59,167 nucleotides of DNA, taken from contig NC_068982.1 in assembly GCF_001194135.2 (NCBI RefSeq), positions 181,990,623 through 182,049,789 of the forward strand, read 5' to 3'. Shown here piece by piece: positions 12,235-25,162 of this stretch. Source of the DNA: Octopus bimaculoides. Its lineage: Eukaryota. Positions within the stretch are counted from its first letter, which is position 1. Every line of letters starts with the position of its first letter. The notes under the pieces are model-generated. The model was not told the DNA's origin. It searched no databases and worked only from the letters and a program-made list of their open reading frames with translations. A program made the position numbers and the translations under genes.

Positions 12235-13431
12235 GACACATGGAAAGAAGGACACATTCCAAAGAAGGACATATGGAAATGTGTGTGTAGCAACATTCAG
12301 ATGAAGCTCAGACAGATGCATGAGTCCTGGCTAAGCAAGAAAGCAGAAGAGATTCAAGGATATGCAGATAGGAACGATATGAAGAACTTTTATGATGGTC
12401 TTAAGGAAATGAATGGTCCAACCTCATCTGAATCATCACCTCTCCTCGGTGCGGACGGATCCACTCTCCTCACCGACAAAGATATAATCCTGGGCAGAGT
12501 ATTTTAAAAGTGTACTAAACCGTCCCTCTACCATCAATGATGAGTTCATTGACTGCCTCCCTCAAATTACTGTAAACGTGGAAATGGATGAACACCCAAC
12601 ACTCGAAGAGATTGAGAAACAATCCACCTGTTGTCCAACGGGAAAGCGCCTGGGTCAGGCCTGAGATAACCATCGTGGGATATCCCTGTTATCCATTGCA
12701 GGCAAGGTACTGGCCAGAGTACTCCTGAACAGGCTCATAGTTCATCTGGAAAAATACCTCTTACCAGAGAGCCAATGTGGATTCCACAAGGATCGCGGTA
12801 CTATTGATATGGTGTTTGCTACCAGGCAGCTCCAAGACAAGTGCCAAGAACAAAACGTGGATCTATACTCCACTTATGTTGATCTGACCAAAGCCTTTGA
12901 CACTGTAAGCAGAGAAGGCCTCTGGAGAATCATGGCAAAGTGTGGGTGTCCTATAAAATTCATCGCCATCACACGCCAATTTCATGATGGAATGCTGGCC
13001 AGAGTACAATATAGTGAGGAGACCTCTCACTCTTTTGAAGTCACAAATGGAGAGAAACAGTGGTGTGTTTTAGCTCCTACCCTGTTCAGCCTCATATTCT
13101 CTGCAATGCTGGCAGACGCCTTCGGAAACGCTGGTGTGGGCATTGGAATCAGGTACGGATTTGATGGATCTGTTTTCAACCTGAGGAGGCTACGAGCAAA
13201 ATCCAAAGTTACAACAGACACTATAAATGACTTTCTGGTTGCTGATGACTGTGCCCTGAACGCTACCTCTGAGGCGGACATGCAACGCAGTGCAGGTATA
13301 TTCTCGGAAGCCTGTGACAACTTTGGTCTCACAATCAGTACCAAGAAGACCGAGGTGATGCACCATCTCGCTCCAGGAAAACCATATGTAGAACCCAAAA
13401 TTTCCATCAACGGGCAAAGACTCAATGTGGT
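12233..13431 (+). mobile_element. RTE-clade (BovB-like) LINE reverse transcriptase fragment, truncated at both ends, with internal deletions
   Basis: ORFs 12283-12507 and 12809-13498 and the frames between them give EEIQGYADRNDMKNFYDGLKE, NGKAPG, RGISLLSIAGKVLARVLLNRL, LPESQCGF, VDLTKAFDTVSREGLW, VLAPTLFS, FLVADDCAL and FGLTISTKKTEVM. Confidence 0.95.
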
Positions 13432-13989
13432 AATACCATATATATATATAATTGAGATTCAGATAAATTCGGTACTTAAGTTGAAGCATCAAAATTAATG
13501 CGGAATTATCTGTACAGTTTCAAATAAGGTGAATAAAATCAAAATAAGCAACAAGATATCCAAAGGTAATGCAGTACGATCATTTCAAGCGACTCCATAT
13601 AATTGACTAATGCAATTATTACATCATTTTTCATGCAGAGCTATCCTAAGCTGCATAAATAAATAGAATTTATTTAATCATTCGGATACATTTGTATAAT
13701 TTTACCTAAATCCTCTAAGAGGGTAAGAAGACAGACTGATTTTTGGGTCGGTTTTAATTTATAGTTTTGTTTATCGAATCTATGTATATCAAAATCTAAG
13801 ACCAAAAAGCATTGTCTCTTAGGAAAGGGTCTGAGGGAGTTGACAGAACCATAATGGGTATAGTCATTAAACTTGTCATTATTAGTTTGAAGTAGTATAA
13901 AGTAACTGTCTATAATGAGGTTTGGTAAAGGAAGATCTTAAATCAAGATGTTAGTTATCAGTTAAAGGGGCAAGACTCTAATAAAACCA

Positions 13990-14900
13990 ATGATGATAAT
14001 ACAGGGGAAATTTTATCATGGGGTACTCTAGTTGACTGATTTAACCAATATTGTTATATTGTTTAAAAATAAAATTTAGTATTATCAAGAATAATATTAA
14101 GAAGAACACCATAACTAAAGGGATAATTGTTTTAATATGTTTGAGTATATACCAACATTTACAAAGATAGGGGAGAAAAAAATTACATAGAATTAGTTGA
14201 ATATTTATTCATATACTTAAATATTTACTTATTAGTTGGTATTTATGAAGATTGATTACAGGCATTTACTAGCATTTAATGAGGGAGTACAGGGGCGATA
14301 GAACATGCTAACTATATATTAACTATAATCTAAGAGGCATATTATAAGTTGTAAAGTTATCAGTGCTGTTATATATAAGCTCATATAAATATCTAAGGGT
14401 ACAAAAATTAGGTTTAATTTCATAAAGACCATTGTAAATATAATAATATGATAAGGTAGGTTAGAACACCATAGAAGGGGATAAATAGCTTAATCACTAA
14501 AGCCATGATGAAAATTATATACCTTATTATCATCAACAGAAAAGAGAAGATTATTAAGAACAAAACTGATATCTGGTATTAACTAGAGCAATATTGAAGT
14601 CATAGAACATACAGACAATATACTAATTATAAACTAAGAGGCATAATATAAATTTTAAAAGTTACCAGTGTTAATTTATACATGAAAATATAGTTTCATA
14701 TGGAATACTTAATTAGGAGGGTTACTTACATAAAGAACTTTATAAATATAAAATAATATGATCAGGATATTGGAACACTTAGAAAGGGATAGATAGATTA
14801 ATTACTAAAACCATGATGAAGTTAGACTAATTAGGCAGGAATTTTCATAAGATAGTATACTAACTACGTATAACACTCTATAACTTACTATACTATATCG
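13990..14900. repeat. Highly diverged tandem repeat, period ~304-309 bp (2 clear copies plus a partial third), within a TpA-rich tract
   Basis: Anchors: GAACAT 14301/14605; CTAAGAGGCAT 14330/14634; GAACAC 14104/14464/14773; CCATGATGAA 14503/14811. Confidence 0.75.
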
Positions 14901-14966
14901 CTTATATTATATGTAAGGTAATTCAATTCTTCATGTAACTGAATATCATCTAAATTTATTATATAC

Positions 14967-15038
<72 letters not shown>

Positions 15039-16789
15039 CGAATCAGAGCGTAAGAATATTCAAATCTACTGCTAAAATATAAAAGGTTTCCATCAATTTA
15101 GTTCAAGCACACCACCTATAAAGCGCTAATTTCGAAAATATTTAAATGTACGGGTGACACTATGTACGCATGATATCATAAGTTCCAATCTATTATTAAT
15201 GAGGTTGTTCTAGTCTATATGCGTTCGATAGTATCAAATGAACGTACATCCCTTAATTGAAGCAGAACCCACTCAGTCACGTTAAAGCGAAATTAAACTT
15301 TTACCCAAGAACATAAATCTTTCTCACTGTCAACCAAGTTACAGTAAGTCTTTGGTTCGTTCCTTCTGTGTGGGATGGAACTCAAAACAATGTATTTGCA
15401 AAGCAAACGTCTTCAAGAACCCACCATGTCAATATACAGTTATGTTACTTGATTGTAATAAGATTATGCCCGAATTCTTAATAGTTTTACAATTTCGATA
15501 CCAAAAGATAAACAGCTTGCATATTACAATATTTTATCATTTTACACCTTCGTATATATTGTTTCCTATAAATGCGATATTATTGACATTTTATATAGAA
15601 ATGTACGTTACTGTTTTATCGAACCTCGTCAGAGATATCTTAAGTATAGGTTTGCTAGGATATATATTGAAGACCTTAATACAGAGAATACCAAGTTAAA
15701 TCTATTAATTCATCATAAGTGAAGATCAGTCTGCCTAAATTCTGTCGAATATGTTTTAGAAAGTGATTTCTTTGGCCACTTATTGAAATGATTTTACAGA
15801 AGGAACCAATTTATCTGGTTACTATTTCAAGTTGCTACAAAATATGGTCAGTGATATTAAGAAATTCTGCATCGGTGTTGGCCGACTCAGATATATAAAT
15901 CAGTTTTGGGTTTCATTGTGATACATTCAATATGTCAATACCGAAAAGCTTATTCATATAAGAACTGACTTTGATAAATGCTCTGTAGTTAGCGTTACTG
16001 TGGGTGGTATTACCATTTCCCATACAACATAGAAACATGCAATTACACATACTTCACATCGACAGAATATTGATTGAAGAAATATGTTCATATACGTATG
16101 TATATGGGTGTTAGAATATTTTCAATGTGCTCTTATTGATGTTGCCCCCATACATCTGCATCTACATCAGTAGTTTTTTCAAGTTATGTTTATCCGGAGA
16201 AATTTGAAAAAGTCAAGAAAAAACTATCAGACGTTTAGAATCAATATTCTGTGAATTCTGAAAGTGACATTGGCATATACTTATAGGCGAAAGACTTCCA
16301 CTGAAACAGGAGTATAACTTTCGATTTTGCTTTAATTTTTTTTTTCCCATTTTTTTTTTCAGACAAAAATTCAATAGTCAATTCTTCGTACAAAAGAATA
16401 TATATAAAATCAAAAATATGACAAATAACTTATCCAGTATTATACGCAGGTGAGCGTTGTGAACAAGCTTCGCATTTGTTTATCAATTCGATTTCTTTCT
16501 TGAACATATACCTCTTAAAATATGAAGCTTGTCTTTCAATAAAGAAAACTATACTTGTAATGTGAGTAGTATATGCATTGAAAGAAAATCGATTTTCCTT
16601 TATTTCTTAGTCTGAAGGGTAGACTAATATGGTTATATCCTTTTCAGGAAGACCTACAGTGATCAGGTCAAACAGAATAATATATTTAGATGACAATGTT
16701 TTTGCACTCGTAATGAATATATAGAAGATATTCTACACGTAGTATGTTAAATTATAAGACTTCAAAATCAGTGCCGTATAAATAAATGC

Positions 16790-16816
16790 ATGTGTATGTG
16801 TATGTGTATGTAGTGA

Positions 16817-16879
<63 letters not shown>

Positions 16880-17030
16880 TGTATGTATGTATATATGGAT
16901 GTATGTATGTATGTATATGCGCATGTTTATGTGTATGAGTTTGTGTGTGTCTTTGCGTATTTGTGTGTGTGTGTTTGCGTATTTGTGCGTGTGTCTGTGC
17001 GTGTCTGTGCGTGTCTGTGCATATATGTAA
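16790..17030. repeat. Compound (TA)n/(TATG)n/(TG)n microsatellite
   Basis: Direct reading. Confidence 0.95.
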
Positions 17031-17265
17031 GTATATTCTGTTAACGATTAATATAATTAGACTAAAGCAATGCCAAGTTATTATATTCAGAGGTTTAACG
17101 AATAACAATGGCTCACCACTAATTCCATTCTCTTACGTATTTAATCAGTAATATATATCGAATAAGAAAGATATTTCTAGACTTAAACGCATACAAGCTT
17201 GCTGTTTTAAACCAGTATACACAAGAAGGTTATTTTCTTAAACAATCACAACATATGCATACATA

Positions 17266-17327
<62 letters not shown>

Positions 17328-17411
17328 CACACATACATACATACATATACACATATGTGTGTGTGTATGTGTGTGTGTGTGTGTGTATGTATAGGCGTAG
17401 GAGTGGGTATT

Positions 17412-17804
17412 GACGCAGGAGTGGTTGTTTGGTAAGAAGCTTGTTTGCAAACTACATGGTTCCAGGTTCAGTCCCGCTGCGAATCACCTTAGGCAAGTGT
17501 CTTCTACTATACCCACGGACCGACGAAATCCATGTGGGTGCATTTGGTGGGCGAGAATTGAAATACGCCGGTCATATAAATATGTACATATGTGTGCATG
17601 TGTGTTTGTGTGTGTTTGTGTGTGTGTGTGTGGGTGTGTGTGTGTGTGCGTGCGTGTGTGTGAGTGTATCTGTGTTTGCACCGCTCATCACCACTTGAAT
17701 ACCGTTGTTGGTGTGTTTATGTCCCCGTAACTTAGTGGTACCATGCTTAAAAATAAATACTTTGGTCGGTTCATTCTACTAAAATTTCAAGGTGGTATCA
17801 ACAT
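17412..17804 (+). mobile_element. tRNA-derived SINE, family A, with internal (TG)n
   Basis: GACGCAGGAGTGGTTGTTTGGTAAGAAGCTTG..CATGGTTCCAGGTTCAGTCCCGCTGCG..TTAGGCAAGTGTCTTCTACTATA; homologous to 11689 and 18782. Confidence 0.85.
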
Positions 17805-18349
17805 ATACATGTGTATAAGTGGGTATGTATATATATATATATATATNNNNNNNNNNNNNNNNNNNNNNNNNNNNNNNNNNNNNNNNNNNNNNNNNNNNNN
17901 NNNNNNNNNNNNNNNNNNNNNNNNNNNNNNNNNNNNNNNNNNNNNNNNNNNNNNNNNNNNNNNNNNNNNNNNNNNNNNNNNNNNNNNNNNNNNNNNNNNN
18001 NNNNNNNNNNNNNNNNNNNNNNNNNNNNNNNNNNNNNNNNNNNNNNNNNNNNNNNNNNNNNNNNNNNNNNNNNNNNNNNNNNNNNNNNNNNNNNNNNNNN
18101 NNNNNNNNNNNNNNNNNNNNNNNNNNNNNNNNNNNNNNNNNNNNNNNNNNNNNNNNNNNNNNNNNNNNNNNNNNNNNNNNNNNNNNNNNNNNNNNNNNNN
18201 NNNNNNNNNNNNNNNNNNNNNNNNAATACTTAAAAGATATAGCCAAATTTACCAGCTATATAATGTACTTCATTAATTATATCATACTTTAGTTAGTACT
18301 TATATTTATTAAATATGAGGGAACTACACGTGTTTCAGTATTGAAATAT

Positions 18350-18570
18350 TACACTATGGATTGTGTAGGGGTGGGGTGGGGTTGCGAGGGAGAGGTGACA
18401 ATGAAGGGGGAAGGGAGAAGATGACTAGGAGTGAAGAGAAGAGAGGAGAGTAGGAGTGAAAAGAAGAAGTAGGAGTCGGAGCAAGAGAGGAGAGGTGGGT
18501 GGGAAGAGGTAGGTATGAGAGGAAGAGAGAAGAGGAAGAGAGGAGAGCGGAGGTGGTTAGATAAAATACA
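18350..18570 (-). repeat. Purine/pyrimidine-skewed low-complexity repeat fragment related to 24255-24500
   Basis: The reverse complement contains CTCCTCTCTTGCTCCGACTCCTACTTC..TTCACTCCTA, compared with CTCCTCTCTTGCCCTGACACATACTTCCTCTCTTCACTCCTA at about 24400-24445. Confidence 0.55.
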
Positions 18571-18781
18571 ATTTTTTTTAATTAAATACATAAAATAATA
18601 TAATATATATAAATATATTGTTTTATTTTATTTATTTAATTTTTAATATTCTTAATTTGCGAATATTACACTAATGTTTTTTTTTTTTATGCAGAACTAC
18701 ATTTCATCAAAAAATTCTCAACAAAATTGAATGTTTTAAAAAAGGAAAAGCGGAGATAGTACATTTTGTATTCTAAATATA

Positions 18782-18948
18782 GGCGCGAGAGTGGCTGTGT
18801 GGTAAGTAGCTTGCTAACGAAGCACATGCTTCCGGGCTCAGTCCCACTGTGTGGCACCTTGGGCAAGTGTCTTTTACTATAGTATCGGGCCGACCAAAGC
18901 CTTTTTTAGTGGATTTGTTAGACGGAAACTGAAAGAAGCCCGTCGTAG
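18782..18948 (+). mobile_element. tRNA-derived SINE, family A, 5' half running into (TA)n and a gap
   Basis: GGCGCGAGAGTGGCTGTGTGGTAAGTAGCTTGC..CTTCCGGGCTCAGTCCCACTG..GGGCCGACCAAAGC..GACGGAAACTGAAAGAAGCCCGTCG. Confidence 0.9.
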
Positions 18949-21594
18949 GTATATATATATATATATATNNNNNNNNNNNNNNNNNNNNNNNNNNNNNNNN
19001 NNNNNNNNNNNNNNNNNNNNNNNNNNNNNNNNNNNNNNNNNNNNNNNNNNNNNNNNNNNNNNNNNNNNTTTGATTTTAAGAATGCGTAAGAAAACATTTT
19101 CTGAAATGACAAAAAAAAGAAAATGATACATTCATCATACTTTTTTCAAATTTCACATAACTAATTACATTAAATTTTTGTTGAAATTAATACGAACCTT
19201 ACCTTAGTTACTTTTGTTTGTATATCTCTGATTCCTCCCGATTTTTGCTTTTGAGTTCCCTTTTTTATTAAAAAAAAATATGCTGAAGGAAGTATCGCTA
19301 AATAACAATCGATTTATTTGATTCATATATTAAAACGTGGATGCGTACTTCCCGTAATTTGTGGACTGTTTTGCCAGGAAGCTGCATACATTTGGACAGG
19401 TGATATAAGTCAATCAAATAATTATATTTGAAATATTCAAATTAAATATTTCTTTATAAATGTAAGGAAATTTTTCATCGTGTAATTCAATCTAAAGATA
19501 TAAATTATTTCAACACATGTACGAGTTCCATGCAAAATATATTAAACATTGTTTTAATATGTATCTTCTATCGAATGAAGGCGTGTTTCGAACGTGAGAA
19601 GCGACACAAGAACAAGATCGAAGTATCACATTAGGAGATAGAGACCATTTACCATTCCACCACCTGCCACATCTCCCTACCTAATCATTTTAATCAGTAG
19701 TGCATATTCGTAAACCATTGATATAACATGTTAATGTGAGTTCTCATTTGAGAAACCATTACTCTTCATCTAGAACACATCTGAGAATATTGTACATAAT
19801 GAACTAAATTTGTTGATTAAAAGGATCAGACAATCTTTATGGCCGTCTATTTTACAAAGATTTGATTTATTATTGGACACAAATAATTTCCTTTGATTGT
19901 CTGATGGCTCATATATCAAAATCAATATTATATCTTGAAACATTTCGCTCAAAAAATCGTAAAAACGCAAAATCTTTCTCTTGATTTAAGATTTAACTCA
20001 CCTCTNNNNNNNNNNNNNNNNNNNNNNNNNNNNNNNNNNNNNNNNNNNNNNNNNNNNNNNNNNNNNNNNNNNNNNNNNNNNNNNNNNNNNNNNNNNNNNN
20101 NNNNNNNNNNNNNNNNNNNNNNNNNNNNNNNNNNNNNNNNNNNNNNNNNNNNNNNNNNNNNNNNNNNNNNNNNNNNNNNNNNNNNNNNNNNNNNNNNNNN
20201 NNNNNNNNNNNNNNNNNNNNNNNNNNNNNNNNNNNNNNNNNNNNNAAGCTACTGGTTCTCATATTCCTACTCAAAATATCATCATAAATAGAACAAAAAT
20301 GTTATCTTAAATTAGGTACATGAATTGGGACAACCAGAATGTAAGAGTAGATTTTATAAAAGAAAGTAGGCTAAATGTATAAAGTATGATACCGTTTTTT
20401 ATGGGTCTGGTGAATGTACTATCATTCTATGTTTATTGTCGAGGTATTAAGAAGTAACAGTGTTTTATTTTTCTTCACCGTTCAAAATGAAGGAACGGTA
20501 GCTGAAGTGGGTACGTCTTTCTTTTTTTTTTTTGTAAGTTTTTATCGATTTTTCAATCAAATCTCTCCTGAATTTGAAGTAGCAACTTAACGTTTGTGAT
20601 GATTTTATAGTTATATTCCAGGCGTGCGATCCTCCACAAAGATATTCAAAGATTCAAAGATTTTCAAATTCGTTGCAATGGTAAAGCATTTGTGATGAGA
20701 TCGTCCTAAGTATCTGCTTAGGTTTGCATGGATGTACCATTTCTATATATGATCACTGTAACTCAGTGAATTTGAATAATATAAAATACTAATATCTGTA
20801 TGTGGCAAGTGTGTAATGCATTCGATTAAGGCGATACGTGTGTGGTAACATATGTGTAGGATATCGGAAGAACAGGTATTAATTTTAGGGAGTCAAAATA
20901 CGTTAATGGTGCTTGAAGATTGCACCCACACGAAAAAAACACGAATGAAAATATTTGGCACACTTTATAAGAATGCATACTAAGCTCCTGTGAAAATTCC
21001 TTTTATACATACTGATTCATAGTTAACGTTTACAATAGCCTGAATTCTGTTTATGCAGCAAAGCAGAAAATACTCTAAAGACAGCAAAATATTATAGTTA
21101 TAGAATATTCTCAGTTCTCAAGACTTCTCCAAAACTATGTGAATATAGTAACTTGAGATATATTTCAATTTACTTTCTTTCCTCACTACAGTAGACTTGA
21201 AGGAACTGCAAATCCACTTATTTTCTGGATGATAACAATTCCAAAGTGTATCAGTGTGAAGTATAACTGAACAGACAACAGCTATTACTAGCAACTTCTC
21301 TGCTACTTCAGCTAGACGTAAATAAAAGTTCTCATGAAGGATGCAGGTCTTAATTCCCGATGGTTGTTTAAAAATACAACAGTATTCACATGCTCCTACT
21401 TATACAGGAATAAGATGAAAATTCCAATATTTCTGTAACAGCAATTACATTCCACACTTTATTTCTAAAATGAAAACAGCAACAATCTATAAGAATTTCC
21501 ATGTATTAAAGAAAGTCACACGTACATATATGAGAGATTTCCACACACATATCATGAGTATAATATTCATTTACATACTCAAAAACATACACAC

Positions 21595-21625
<31 letters not shown>

Positions 21626-21845
21626 NNNNNNNNNNNNNNNNNNNNNNNNNNNNNNNNNNNNNNNNNNNNNNNNNNNNNNNNNNNNNNNNNNNNNNNNNNN
21701 NNNNNNNNNNNNNNNNNNNNNNNNNNNNNNNNNNNNNNNNNNNNNNNNNNNNNNNNNNNNNNNNNNNNNNNNNNNNNNNNNNNNNNNNNNNNNNNNNNNN
21801 NNNNNNNNNNNNNNNNNNNNNNNNNNNNNNNNNNNNNNNNNNNNN

Positions 21846-21916
<71 letters not shown>

Positions 21917-23159
21917 TGCATCTATCTATATGTATTTATATTCGTAAGTCTGTTAGGGCCATTATAAGAATTTACTGCTCCCAAAGAGAGTGGCTTGTTT
22001 TGCAATAGGTTTAAATGAAGAAATATATTTCGTATAGAGCTTTATTGATTCGATACGTTATTCAGCCTTTAATGGCGGCTTTATGTTATTCTGGCGCTTG
22101 GAATTGCTATTGTAGGCATTTTATTCATCGGTAATTTCTATATTATAACGCCTTGGATACTAGTTCTTATACGCTAGTATGTTATTGTTGTATTCTACAC
22201 TATAGATTAAATAAAATCACAAAAATAATTATATTATAGGAGAAAATATGCATGAAAATCATTTATATGCATCATTAAACGAAATATAATACTGCTCAGA
22301 GGCAAACTTAAAGATATTATCTAGATAGAAATATGCGTTTTGCATCAAACTTAAACCTTCTCAGATATCTTGGTTAGCGTTTTACCAGTTCCCTGAAGCA
22401 AGTGACGCAAGTTGTAAATTTGCTGATAAATTTAATATGGAGTTAGTTTTAGAAAAGTCTATATCAAATTATATTTCTGCTAAGGTAAATATCAGCAATA
22501 GTAGGGTACTACTGGATCACTGATCATTGTCATTTTGTAGAAGTATTAATGTTCCAAAAGTAGTAATACACAAACTTATAAGAATTCATGTGTGTATGTA
22601 TGTACATACATACACACACATGCACATACACACACGTACACATATATACGTACATAAATGTAAGAAATCTCCTTTCTACTTTTCATTATTAATGGTATAC
22701 ACACACATACATATACACACACATACAGAAAAACAAAATATGAGGGCGAGTAACCAACCAGAATCTCCAGTCCTTGTGTAACATGTAAGGCTAGAGAAGG
22801 GAGCGATGTCCTCCCCTCGTAATACTAATGGGACACAGAATGTGTGCCGTTAGCCAGCTGGAAAAGATGTCTTGCTGGGGCTATAAACCTCAGTAGCACT
22901 CGCCTGTATAGGACGCCACACTTAGTTGGCATTTATATGTTACTATTCTATATTGCTACTGTTTATATCTCGGTCAGAGATTTAATATAGCCTATATATA
23001 TATTAAAAAGAAATATATCCAAAATCAAACGAAAACAGACACAGAACGTCATTAAATCCACATCAGTTATCGGCCAGAGGATCAAACTAAATTTCATGCA
23101 CACACACACATACACACACATACACACACATACATACACACACACATANNNNNNNNNNC

Positions 23160-23490
23160 ACACACGCACACGTCAAGGTTACCAGCCCTCTTCCACACAC
23201 ACATAATACTCTCTCATACACGCACGCACACCTTCGTTTTGGGATCACCACTACTTTATTATCTCCCATTCTTCCTAGCTCTCCTGTGTGACCCCTCTGA
23301 CCGGCATTCGCCATGATAGATCGCTAGCCACTACACATTCTTTATTTTCTCTCCTTGTTTCTTTCTGTGCTCCTTTCTGTGGAAGAACGTAGGCTCGAAG
23401 CGTTAAAGACTTTTTCACTTTCCGAGCGTTAAACTAATACATCTGTTTGTTGTCTACACCACTTGTCTTCGTCTTTTCTTTTTTCGTGAA
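23160..23490 (+). mobile_element. Probable Penelope-like element 3' terminus
   Basis: 23165-23276 is homologous to 24765-24885. The 3' part carries a CTGTGGAAGAACGTAGGCTCGAAGCGTT motif of the type found at Penelope-like termini (recalled, not searched). Confidence 0.45.
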
Positions 23491-23494
23491 TTCT

Positions 23495-23530
<36 letters not shown>

Positions 23531-24254
23531 NNNNNNNNNNNNNNNNNNNNNNNNNNNNNNNNNNNNNNNNNNNNNNNNNNNNNNNNNNNNNNNNNNNNNN
23601 NNNNNNNNNNNNNNNNNNNNNNNNNNNNNNNNNNNNNNNNNNNNNNNNNNNNNNNNNNNNNNNNNNNNNNNNNNNNNNNNNNNNNNNNNNNNNNNNNNNN
23701 NNNNNNNNNNNNNNNNNNNNNNNNNNNNNNNNNNNNNNNNNNNNNNNNNNNNNNNNNNNNNNNNNNNNNNNNNNNNNNNNNNNNNNNNNNNNNNNNNNNN
23801 NNNNNNNNGTGTGTGTGTGGTGCGTGTGTGTGTGTGTACTTGTGTGTATGTGTGGGTGTGAATTAAAATTTATTTGCTAATGTACGGATTGACGTTTTAC
23901 AAATTTATAAAATGACTTAAAAAGAATGACAAAGAATCTAAACTTTATAACAATGATTACAAATTGGTTTCTCCTCAGTGAGAGCAGTGGTGCGGAACAT
24001 TTGACTATAATCAATAGCAAAGCAACAAACACACCTCTACTATCACACCCTTCCTTGTAAATAAAATGGAGTCACGTGATAATGAAATGAGCGATAAACC
24101 ATGAGAAGAGACGGTTAAAGTTTACGGTTGGAATATATTTCTTTATAAACTTGCTTAGGTTGACCTTGAGTTATACAGCAATGTTGGGAAAAATGTGATT
24201 AGAAGCTCCTTGTAGAAAGAAAACCGGATGAGACTATATATATATTCTCTTCGC

Positions 24255-24890
24255 TCCTTTGCGCTACATGGCCTCAACTCTCCTCCACTCTTCATCTGAC
24301 TCCCCTTCTCTCCTTTCATCATCTCACACTTACTTCCCCTCTTCCTCTCCTCTCATCATCTCACACCTACGTCCTCTCTTCACTCCTATCCGCCTTCTCC
24401 TCTCCTCTCTTGCCCTGACACATACTTCCTCTCTTCACTCCTATGTACCTTCTCGCTTCAACGATACCCCCTCCATCCACACTCCACCTCTACACATCCC
24501 AAACCCACCACCCCATCCCATCCCTACACATCTCACCACTACATATCCCACTCCCACATACCCTACCACTATCACCACATCCTCACCCCAAACCCACACC
24601 CACCCTGACATCCCCACACCCACCGTCGCATCCCCACACCCAAACACCACTACACCACACCACACATCACTATACCACTTCACACTACCCCGCACACACT
24701 AGCACTGACCACTTCCCAGCACCCACACCATCATCCACACACCTACATATTACAGACACACACATCCACACGCCAAAGTCACCAGCCCCTCCCCACATAC
24801 ATACACTTACACACTCTCACATACATACGCATGCGCACCTTCGTTTTTGGGATCACCAGTATTTTATTATCTCCCCTTCTTCCTTGCCTT
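24255..24890 (+). repeat. C/A-rich low-complexity element, a longer fragment of the family seen at 23160 and 18350
   Basis: Shares CACG.CAA.GT.ACCAGCCC..CACCTTCGTTTTGGGATCACCA..TTTATTATCTCCC with 23165-23276. The Pro/Thr/His ORFs reflect composition only. Confidence 0.6.
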
Positions 24891-24992
24891 AATTGATTAT
24901 TTACATTGTTATACACTATTTAATTTTATTTCATTATTAATTTATAATTAGCCTTTATTTATTCACATATTAATTAAGCAAATATTGGTATC

Positions 24993-25162
24993 TCAAGTAT
25001 TTCAAACTTAGCATATGTAACACGATACTGATAGATTATTCTAATTAATGAAAACTATGAATAACCATTTACTGTATCTGTATACAATATAACAATTTTA
25101 TTTTATATACGCTTGACCTAGGTGCCTTATGATAATACGTCGCCTGTTCCATTATAAACTGG
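24993..25162 (+). repeat. Second copy of the ~165-bp repeat at 12068
   Basis: See 12068-12234. Confidence 0.85.

Noticed and set aside
17743-18292. Long ORFs containing X, here and at the other gaps
   Set aside because: They are open only because of the N runs.
24259-24892. Pro/Thr/His-rich ORFs as extensin- or mucin-like genes
   Set aside because: They come from a low-complexity C/A-rich repeat with homologous fragments elsewhere in the window.
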